A stretch of DNA of 63,485 nucleotides, the filler included, from Octopus bimaculoides (lineage: Eukaryota), in the NCBI RefSeq assembly GCF_001194135.2. It is 7 parts of 6 records of this genome, joined end to end, with 100 filler letters (N's around TTAATTAATTAA, not from the genome) between each part and the next. Parts side by side here need not be neighbours in the genome. Positions count along the whole stretch, not along the records: positions 51,006 to 60,453 come from NC_068981.1; positions 60,554 to 63,485 come from NW_026406753.1; 5 more parts are not named here. The stretch is one strand, 5' to 3'. This document shows positions 53,174 through 63,485 of the stretch, in pieces. Every line of letters begins with the position of its first letter. The stretch's first letter is position 1. Below the pieces are notes generated by a model. The model saw nothing but the letters and a program-made list of their open reading frames with translations, did not search any database and had not been told where the DNA came from. A program made the position numbers and the translations under genes.

Positions 53174-53479
53174 GAAAGCATGTGGCTTAATGGGGAGGGT
53201 ATTCGGTTCACGATCGGTTGCTTCGATTCCCGCCGGCGTGTTGTGTCCTTGAGCAAGACACTTTATTTCATGTTGCTCCTGTCCACTGAGCTGGTAAATA
53301 TGAGTAATACCTGTATTTCAAAGGGCCAACCTTGTCACATTCTGTGACATGCTGAATCTCCCTGAGAACTACGTTAAGGGTTAGAGTGTCTGTTGACCTC
53401 CCAGCCATTTGCACGTTAATTTCACGAGCAGACTGTTTCGTTGAACGGATCAACTGGAACCCGCGTCGTCGTAAGCGAC
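53174..53479 (+). mobile_element. SINE: family B head and core joined to the family C tail
   Basis: Core GTCCTTGAGCAAGACACTTTATTTCATGTTGCTCC followed by CCTGTATTTCAAAGGGCC...GTCGTAAGCGAC. Confidence 0.8.
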
Positions 53480-55494
53480 TTTGAAATCAGGGATGCTGGG
53501 GACGAGAATCGCTCGTAATTTGCCAAAAAATCGCGAACATTTGTAAGTATATTCGTTGTCGTGGAACACCGTCCAAATTTTGTTTGTCTATGTTGTAGGC
53601 CGCTTCCTTCTAACTGTCTTTTTCATACTCCGTACTAGATCCAAGTAAAACTCTTCATTGATCATATTACTTGAAGGAACAAACTTATGATGATCGACAC
53701 ACTTCCAATAAAAAAAGACAACCAACATTAACTTTACATTTGAGTGACACTGTCAGGCACTTTTGGTCACTGCAACAACTTCCTTGTTTCGACATTGCAA
53801 CTGTACATCTATATTTCCTGTCATCTGTTACGACATTTCAGAAAGTTTTCATCTGCATTTGAATTATCACATAGCTTCTGATTGACTGAGGCTTGATTGT
53901 CTTTTCGTTCATTTGTCATCAGACACGAAACCTTGTTTGGTTAATCTTTTACCCGACAACTCACTCCTATACATATTCTCTTGAAAGCCTCAGTGGATCG
54001 TAAAACAGGAAATTATCATCGTATTTATAGTTTTAAACTTCCCGACAGAACGCCAGGGCTGTCGAAAGTAAGAGTTTTAGAAATTCTGCCATTTATCCTC
54101 AACTTTTCGGTGAACTGAGTCATAAAATAAGCATTAAATTCTCAAGAGGAAGTTAGATGAAATAAAACGAAAATGCGAAACGACTGATTGAAAATAGAGC
54201 GGCCCATGTTTATGAAATGGAGAAGTAATAGTAAACTCTGCTCATGGGAAAACAATTGAGGTTATATATTCATTCCAGTCCAATTTTGAATTAGACTCTT
54301 TATATAAAAATTTAAAGTTTCTTTATATAAACTTCAAAAGGTTAGCTTCCAGAGTGAGTGTTCGACTCAATCTATATGGGTCCCTCATGATCTCCTAGAA
54401 TATAACATTACTGCTATCATTCATTAAATTACCCCTTGATGTTCCTCGATATTCATTAAGTTACTGGATGAAACCTAAGTTATGGGTTTAAACTACAAAT
54501 TACCACGTGGAAATATTCCAGACCTAAAAATAGTACGCTTTTGGTTACATGATGCTGAAAGTATCAATCGTTGCCTGATAAAGAAAGTTTAGCCACTGTT
54601 CAACTTGGCTAATATTTAGATTGACAACCATTCGGAAAAAATCTTGTTGCCGTATGACGTGCTGAACGAGCGAAGAAGCGAACCACTACTCGTTCTCACT
54701 ACCTGATAGAAATAGCGACCAAATTCCCTCAAAATACATCCTACCATCTTGGAAGTTAAAGGACATGTTGAATGATGTGATCCTGAATGTACTGAAGAGG
54801 GTATTACCATTGTGTGAAGGCTTTTGATCATTAGTCTGCCTGCTTGATTATGATTGACGTAGGACTAAGCAACATCAACATTAGATATTAACAGAATTCT
54901 GAAGTTCTATTAACATCTTTAAATCATAGACTATGTCTAAAGTTAATTTTATAAATTATCCCTGTCTCATTGCAAGTAATTGAAAACAAGTACAACGTGT
55001 TGATAGTGGGGCTGCTTTGCAGAGTAGAGTTGGTGATTGTTTTCCTTAGAATTTATCCCTTCACATTTCATTACGTGGTGTGGCTTGAAAAGTACCGGAT
55101 TCCACCAGACTGCTTCATCTAACCTAAATTGCATGAGACAGCAAGGGGATTTCTACGTAGTTAGTCAACCTGCTAAATGTAGTAGTCTCAACTGTCCTAA
55201 AACACACTCTATTGTCATATAAAAAGGCAAATTGGATTTAGTCGCTCGAGTTGCGAATATGAGGAGAAAAATTAAGTTGATCTTAGTTAATTTAGTTTTT
55301 GTCCATAATACCCCTCTTTTAGAAACTCGACGCAAACGCATCATCAGTATGCGACCTAGTTACAGTATATGAAGATAAACTCTATAATAGATTGGTTACA
55401 AGATATACTTGCGCAAACTCAAGTGTACTGAATATTTTAAATGAAAAAAAAAATGTCTTTACCAGTTAGAAAGCGATACGACAGTATCAAACCA

Positions 55495-55529
<35 letters not shown>

Positions 55530-55921
55530 ATGATATGCTTCCGTTTGGTAAAGCCAGCACGGAAGCATATCATAAAATTCAACTGTTCTAAACTTGCAAA
55601 AGTGTTTGGACTCATCACCCGTCCAAAACAAAAGCTTGCATGAGTCATCTGATCGATAAGCTCATTACTTCATTAGACATTATTATAGACAAAACCAACG
55701 ATGGAGTTCCAACGTGGTCACTTGCCCGACTAGATATATCGCCTTAAAAATTCTATCTGAAACTACAATAGATAATGTGGTACAAGAACATTTTTGATCA
55801 TAGGTCTGTTCAATTAAGGCTGATCTAGGTCTAAACAATGACAACAATAAGAACATCGATTTAAACGAGGAAATCTTCGGTAGAAATAGTTTCAAAATCT
55901 CCCTCAAATTACTGATTATTA

Positions 55922-56038
55922 TTGGCACTCCGTCGCTAACGACGTCGAGGGTTCCATTTGATCAACGGAACAGCCTGCTCGTGAAATTAACGTGCAAGTG
56001 GCTGAGCAATCCACAGACACGTGTACCCTTAACGTAGT
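55922..56038 (-). mobile_element. SINE family C tail fragment
   Basis: Near-identical to 12975-13097. Confidence 0.85.
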
Positions 56039-56313
56039 ATTATCTTAAATAAAAATACAGATTGAGTAATGTAATCCTAGATGTATCTCTAGCCTTTGAT
56101 CATCGGTCTATTTGATCAGAGCAGACCAGGGCCTAAATAACAGCAGTAACAACAGCAATGATGTGGGGCAGGGAGCAATTTCAGAGAGTTCGAGGGTTTC
56201 AATATCAATCAACTAAGAACATTATTTGAGTACAGAGTTCTAGGTTTATCGTAGCGTACCCCATTAGCAGTCTGTGCTACATCACTGTGAGAATTTTTTT
56301 AATTTCATTTTAT

Positions 56314-56743
56314 AGGCACAGGAATGGCTATGTGGTTCAAAAATTCGCTTTGGAAACCCTTGCTTTCTCTTTTATTCTCACTGTGTGACATGTCGAGCAA
56401 GTCACGTCTACTATAGCCTCGAGCCGACCAATGCCCTGTAAGTGAATTGGTAGACGGAAACTGTGTAGAAGCTCGTCGCACACACACATATATTAGTATG
56501 TGTCTTCGTATGTTTCTTGGTTCTCCCTTAACACACACACGCACACACACACCGCTTGACATCTAATGTTGGTTTGTTTACGTTCCCAGATCATAGCAGT
56601 TCGGCATAAGAGACCGCTAGAATAAGTACCAGACTTTAAAAGTAAGTACCTGGGTCGATTTGTTCGACCAAAACCTTTCAAGGCGGTACACCAGCATGGT
56701 CGTAGTTCAATAATTGAAACACATAAAAAAGTAAAAGATAAAA
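56314..56743 (+). mobile_element. SINE family A, old full-length copy
   Basis: Degenerate head, TACTATAGCCTCGAGCCGACCAA, and tail. Confidence 0.75.
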
Positions 56744-57230
56744 TGTAAAGCACTACCAACAAAGAATGTTAAAATGTTTCAATTGTCTTCATTCATGATT
56801 CGTTCAGTGGCTTCAGCAAACCATCGTAAAGTGTAAGAAATATATAGCTCTATATTTCTGAACTAGCTTTAGTCCTTAAACTGCGGACATGTTTGAGCAG
56901 GGCTTTCAAGACTATTTAGTCGATTGTATCGATTCTAATACTTACGTCATGTAATTTTATTGATTTCTATTTATGGATTAGTTAAGTCAGATTTAACATA
57001 AAGAGACGCACACAGATACCCCGTTATAATAGACGCTCATACACTCGCATAAATGCACTTACAAACTCACATCACATACACATATACATGCAAATGATTT
57101 CCTTGTCCATATTTGCATTTTATTGTGTGCATGTGAATGTATTTGCTCATGCATGTACACAAGCTTATACCTATAAGAGATTGCATTATAAATGCAGAAA
57201 CAGAAACTCACCATCAAACATATGAACGCG

Positions 57231-57264
<34 letters not shown>

Positions 57265-57576
57265 ACTCACACACACACACTCACACACGCATACACACAC
57301 AGACATTCTAACCTCCATTGTATGTATGCATTTGTGTGTGTGTGCACGCGTGTGCGTGCGTGCGGCGTGCGTGCGTGCGTATGTGTGTGTGTGTGTGTGT
57401 GTGTGTGTATGAGTATAAACGTATATCATGATATCACGGTATCGATTTGACTATCGGATGTTACACACAGCTGGGCAGAAAGCGCTTAGCATTGTTTTAG
57501 CTGGCTAAGCACACACTCCGCTGGCTAAGCACGCACACACACACATTCACACACACAAACACACACACACACGCAC

Positions 57577-57607
<31 letters not shown>

Positions 57608-57943
57608 AACACGCACACACACACACACATATATTTCTCAAGATCACAACACATAAACATACTGCAACACAATTTCTTTTCCCTATTTAACATTGTCCCG
57701 AAACAGATCAAAGAGGAAAAGGATCCCATTACCCTTAAACGGAACACCAGACAAGCCACCTATATCTGGATACAACTCACTCAACAAGATATTCCTACTC
57801 GAATGGACCATGACACCACAAAACTTGACGTAAAAAGATTTAGATAATCTTATCAGGTGGTGCTATTAAGTTAGACATGGCCTGGACCAATCTTTGGTCG
57901 AAACATATCTAAGTTTATCTAAGCTAATATATATATATATATA

Positions 57944-58465
57944 CTGGGTCATCCCATAAATAATGCGGTTATTTTATACTTCTTTAATTTTCAGAATTAA
58001 GATAAAATTCTTTTTTAATCTAAAATATATTCTCCTTCATCTTCTACAATGCTCTTCCATCTATCTGGTAGACCTGCAAGGCCCCTCTTTCAAAATTCAC
58101 TTGTCCGTAACGAAAAACACTCCTCCAGTATTGGCCTGACCTCCTCTATAGAATTCATATTTTTTCTGTCCAAATGATTTTGAAGACTGCGCTCCGATTG
58201 CGAATATGGTGGGTGGGGCATCGTTTCCCATACAAACTGCTCCAGCCTTTGGAATGTCATCCTCACTATATGTGGCTGAGAATTATCCTGATGGAATAAC
58301 ACCTTTCGTCTTGAAACCAAAGATGGTCGTTTTCCTTCTAGCACTCACTTAAGCCGTTCAAGCTGCTCACAGAAGATCTCCTTTGTTATCGTTTGGTTTG
58401 GGTTTGAAAGTTCAAAGTGAACTAATCCTTTCATATCCCACCATACAGACAGCAACACCTTACGT
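57944..58465 (-). mobile_element. mariner transposase 3' remnant with TIR
   Basis: KVLLSVWWDMKGLVHFE...VLFHQDNSQPH...MPHPPYS (region of the third D deleted)...LPDRWKSIVEDEGEYILD*; TA-CTGGGTCATCCCATAAATAATGCGG terminus. Confidence 0.9.
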
Positions 58466-60070
58466 GGGTGAAAACCTTCTTTAGCCTGGGGTGCCAGTGT
58501 TTCTCCTTTCCCTGTCCTTCTGAATCAGCCGGGCAGGAAATTCGATTAGTTTTCGCCGCTTTGCTATGCAACTAAGTACTTGTGATAAAACATTACATAA
58601 ATTTATTTTTCTATATTTTTTCATTTTCTTCATATTTGCCATTCTCTTGTTTGTTTGCTTGTTCATTTATTTATCTTATTCTCTATTTTTTAAGATATTT
58701 TTTATCATATGGTATATTCATTTAAACACTACGTGACGGTCAGCTACATCTTTGAAAAGCAAATCCTTATGATAAACTTATTCTTTCTTATTTTATCTTT
58801 TATTTTTTGGTTTTATTGTCTTTTTTTTTGTATTCTTTTTCTGAATTTGTATTTATCTTCTGTCATTGCTTCATTAATGCACTCCATATATGGTAATTCT
58901 AGTATATGTAAAGAGTGAAATCTATTGTCTGTGATTATATAATGAAAATATTTGCTATTTATAACAGAGTCTGCTGTTTTAACCTGCCATGAAATTTCTG
59001 AAGTGTAGTCTGTTTGTTTTGTTACAGCACAATTATATATATATNNNNNNNNNNNNNNNNNNNNNNNNNNNNNNNNNNNNNNNNNNNNNNNNNNNNNNNN
59101 NNNNNNNNNNNNNNNNNNNNNNNNNNNNNNNNNNNNNNNNNNNNNNNNNNNNNNNNNNNNNNNNNNNNNNNNNNNNNNNNNNNNNNNNNNNNNNNNNNNN
59201 NNNNNNNNNNNNNNNNNNNNNNNNNNNNNNNNNNNNNNNNNNNNNNNNNNNNNNNNNNNNNNNNNNNNNNNNNNNNNNNNNNNNNNNNNNNNNNNNNNNN
59301 NNNNNNNNNNNNNNNNNNNNNNNNNNNNNNNNNNNNNNNNNNNNNNNNNNNNNNNNNNNNNNNNNNNNNNNNNNNNNNNNNNNNNNNNNNNNNNNNNNNN
59401 NNNNNNNNNNNNNNNNNNNNNNNNNNNNNNNNNNNNNNNNNNNNNNNNNNNNNNNNNNNNNNNNNNNNNNNNNNNNNNNNNNNNNNNNNNNNNNNNNNNN
59501 NNNNNNNNNNNNNNNNNTATATATATATATATATATATGCGTGTGTGTATTGAGCATGCACACGTGTGTGTGTGTGTGGAGGGGTCGTAGGTGTGTATAC
59601 GCACCTGCGTGCGGGTGTGTGCTTGTATTGGTCCGTACTTTTGTACCTAAAGAAAGGTAGGTATGTTTAGAATTATTCCTTTTGAAAGATACAAAATGAT
59701 CTGTGTCATCTCATGGCCTACTCATATTTATGTATATATTTGTGTTTATATTCATTTTGCAATCTGATCTAGTTTCAATCAATATGTTAACTGACTTATA
59801 ATTTCGGAACACACCCCCTTTCTTACAATCTTACTTCCCTCGCCCCCTCTCATGTTCTCTCTTCCTCACCATGCCTTTTCATCTTGCCCTCTTTTTCTCT
59901 GTATTTTTGGTGTATTTATTTATTCTTTTCACTTGTTTATATATTGTGTGTATACGTTTATATTTATATGTTTATATTTTATGTGTCGTGTATAAATTTT
60001 TATACCTTTAAAAGTTGTCCAGCTTAGTTTTCCATCCTTTCATTATTTTCCTCTCTTCTTCTTGCTTTAT

Positions 60071-60106
<36 letters not shown>

Positions 60107-60553
60107 TTGTTCCTTAGTCTCTTTTTATCCTTATCCGTCAATTGCTTTCTTTCTACTTCCCTCTCAGAATACTTATATAATTCCCCATCATCTACCCAAC
60201 TTTCAACATTAGTTATACGTGACATAAAGCAATAAGGTGTTTCCTGAGGCTTCGTTGTGGTTAAGCATCCGATTACACTTGGAACAAACAATGCAAAGTT
60301 CCAAACAACCTCAATAGTGAAACGTGTGTTGGAACAAATAAAACAAACCTGTTTTTAACGGATATTAAGATAATTTTCTTAACATGAAACCATTTATGTA
60401 TATATATATACATGTGTGTGTGTGCGCACTCACACGTGTGTATGTGTATATGTNNNNNNNNNNNNNNNNNNNNNNNNNNNNNNNNNNNNNNNNNNNNTTA
60501 ATTAATTAANNNNNNNNNNNNNNNNNNNNNNNNNNNNNNNNNNNNNNNNNNNN

Positions 60554-60637
60554 GCTCAAGAACACAACGCATGCCCGGTCTGGGATTCGAACCCACGATC
60601 TCGCAATCGTGAGTGCAACACCCTAACCACTAAGCCA
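60554..60637 (-). mobile_element. SINE family B head
   Basis: Reverse complement reads TGGCTTAGTGGTTAGGGTGTTGCACTCACG...GGTTCGAATCCC. Confidence 0.8.
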
Positions 60638-60655
60638 TCATACACACACATACAG

Positions 60656-60692
<37 letters not shown>

Positions 60693-60738
60693 ACAAATGA
60701 GACAGACGGAAAATGGAATATACGAGAAACTTAATTGC

Positions 60739-60843
60739 TCACAACGATCGTTTCGACCCCGTCCTGCATCGATCCCTCGCGGATGGGATACTGTGCAACT
60801 GGTTGTGGTGCATCCCTCGGTGCAGAAGTGTCTCGTCAGGTGA
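60739..60843 (-). ncRNA. type I hammerhead ribozyme with intact core and extended branched stem II
   Basis: Minus strand: UCAC-CUGACGA-[GAC...78 nt...GUC]-GAAA-CGAUCG-UU-GUGA; all conserved core positions present; predicted cleavage between 60743 and 60742. Confidence 0.85.
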
Positions 60844-61588
60844 TGTCATAAGGAGTATCTCTTTAAATAAACTCTGTTTCGCTCGGTTTTAATACAGCAT
60901 GTTGTGTGTGTGTGTGTGTGTGTGTTATTATACATGAATATCTAAAATAGATTTATAATCTAGAGACTGCCAAATTACCAACACTTTTACGGAAGACAGA
61001 CAACTTGATTAGGAAAAAGAAAAGAATTTGATGACCAAATCTTTGGAGACAACGAAGAAAACAATTCAAATAAAATACGCAACTATTATCCGCAACTAAT
61101 AACCGCTCGCTCAATAATATATTGCTATAATTTTTTTTTTTTATTAATTAAGAATATAAAATTTAGGAAGACCGATAACTACTCCCTGAAGAAATATAAC
61201 CCAAAATTGAACGGTATGAAAAAACTGTAATATTGTAATTGGCCTTTAGTGGAAGCAAGACTAAAATCTTGTTTGTAATTGTCAAGTTATATGACAGATA
61301 TGTCGCTTGCTCAAACACCATAAGTTAGAGTATTATAGAATGGACCAAGACAAACAAGTAAAGATTGAAAATTACATCCGAATTAGATATCGTTGATCAG
61401 ACTGAACCTATCACATCGAAATCACAATTCTTGTCTCTTTTGAATATCGTAAGCCATATTTGTAATAGATTTAATAGATATAACTCATTCACTTAATTAA
61501 CCTCGTCAAAACAGATATTGGTAAACATGAAGCAAGATATATGAGAAACAAAAAAACATTCACACACTTTAGAAAGTGAAGTTTTGTT

Positions 61589-61790
61589 GCCTAGTGGTTT
61601 GTGTGTGGCACTCACGATCGCAAGCTCATGGTTTCGATTCCTGAAATCATGATTTTGGGATGAATTGTGCTCTTGAGCAAAATTCTTCATTTCACGTTGC
61701 TCCAATCCCCTCAGTTGTAAATGAGCAACCCCTCGAACACTCTGGTGTCCTGTTCAGGAGGAATGTCCTGGGACTCGAAACAGTGATGTC
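61589..61790 (+). mobile_element. SINE family B, degenerate
   Basis: GGTTTCGATTCC B box; CTTGAGCAAAA.TCTTCATTTCACGTTGCTCCA core. Confidence 0.65.
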
Positions 61791-63320
61791 CAAAGAACTT
61801 ACAACACTTTAGAAAAGCATCAGCTTTATCACACTGGAATAACACAAAATGGTTTATATCAATCTCTATAAAGAGATGATACAAGTTCCTACAACTCCAC
61901 ATATAACATCTCTATTTCTGACTGTTCGGAATTATGCTAGAACATAAAAGAGAAAGAAATTGAAATTTTGCTGCACGTTCGACGGTTTGCGAACGAGCAG
62001 TTTGTACAGCTTGTGGCTGTACAGTCTTTTAACCAGGTACTTTATGGCTTAAAATATCGTCGTTTTTTCTATGGGAGCAATTGATTCAGCCGTGACATAT
62101 GAATTAGGTTTGTACATTTAAATCAAATCTAAAAAATTGTTTCAAGTGATAGGAATCCATTAGCCAGACGTTGGCTTCCCTCCTACCTCGAAGTAACTTG
62201 AAACACTAAAAAGATGTATCGAATGAGAATAACACCTACATTCGTTCTTTAAAAACTACTACTTTAAAACAACAATTGAACGCAACCTTGCAGTATCTAA
62301 TTTCTTGGACATTTGAACAATGGCGGTGCCTCTGTATGACCACAGTTTACGCGGGTGAAACGAGTTAAAGATAAAAAGATATATTCAATATTTCATGTGT
62401 GTTATGACAAAATATAACAACTAAATTAACTAAATAAATAGTGGTTGTTGCTCCCATTCGGATGCATAAACATGTAAGTAAAGCTATATATGTATGTTGA
62501 GGTTGCTTATATATTTTTGATATATACCTGTGTCTGTAAATGTGTGTGCATGTGTGCGTGTGTGTACGTAGAGACTAGTGCCCATAAAGATGAAAGATAA
62601 TCGGCAGCTTGGCTGTCAGCGCGAATGATAAATTATAGGATATCCTGCTGAGTTATCTTTGACACTTTATAGCTACAGCAACATCTCACCCTATGTTCAT
62701 CAACTCGATGGCAATAGAAATATTTCCTCATCTACTACGACAAAAGTTATTTATCTTGCCTCTGCTACCTATATGAGCATATTCTTTAACCAGTTGTTAT
62801 GGAAGTCGTAATCGCAGCACGGTCTGCAGGCCATTATAAATCCTAAAGGCAACTATTGGGTGTTACACATTCTCTGATGATTTGGGAATGTAATCTGCTT
62901 ATAACGTTTTCTTTATGTAAAGGATATACTCCTTTGTTGATAAAAAGCGTGCAAGATGATTCTAAATAATTTATGAACCCTGTTTTGATGTGTATTACAT
63001 ATGTTTTATTATATTTATAGACATATAAGTATATTAAACTGAATAGATATATATATATTAATGTGTATGTGCACATGTACAGTATATACACTTATATCAA
63101 AATTTATAACACACACATACATATATTTACATCTATATTTAAGTGCGTATATATGTATGTACGTATATTTGTATGTATGCATGTATATATTGCAATGATA
63201 ATTTTTCGGAATTATACCGTTAACATTTATTTTGTGCGAATTTGCTAGGGAGTTTAATAGAAATGAAAAATAAATATCAGGTTTACAACAACAATATAAA
63301 GGTATATACGAAAAGATACT

Positions 63321-63358
<38 letters not shown>

Positions 63359-63485
63359 TGATGTATATATATACATGTATATATGCATATATATATACAT
63401 ATATATTATATATATCATACATATATATATCATACATATATATATATCATACATATATATATATATATATCATACATATATATAT

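Overview
AT-rich, microsatellite-dense eukaryotic draft-assembly window with many N gaps. It is most likely cephalopod (Octopus-like): this is inferred from repeat families I recognise, not from a database search. No host protein-coding gene, rRNA, tRNA gene or CRISPR array can be supported, and nearly all ORF-track entries are microsatellite or N-gap artefacts. The window is a mosaic of decayed mobile elements. It holds four tRNA-derived SINE families (my labels A-D), mariner remnants and MITEs, and RTE, CR1-like and L1/Tx1-like LINE fragments. It also holds a CRE-clade endonuclease fragment, a 41-50 kb cluster of (TAA)n-associated R4/Dong-like retrotransposons, and two Penelope-like (PLE) ORF remnants. 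The most interesting signal is non-coding: three type I hammerhead ribozyme (HHR) folds. One is a core-intact HHR with a 78-nt branched stem II inside a ~210-bp element (60.7-60.9 kb). The other two form a back-to-back pair on opposite strands (25.7-26.2 kb). A palindromic doubled HHR-like motif lies at 43.9 kb. These point to PLE-derived, retrozyme-like non-autonomous elements. All coordinates and alignments were done by eye.
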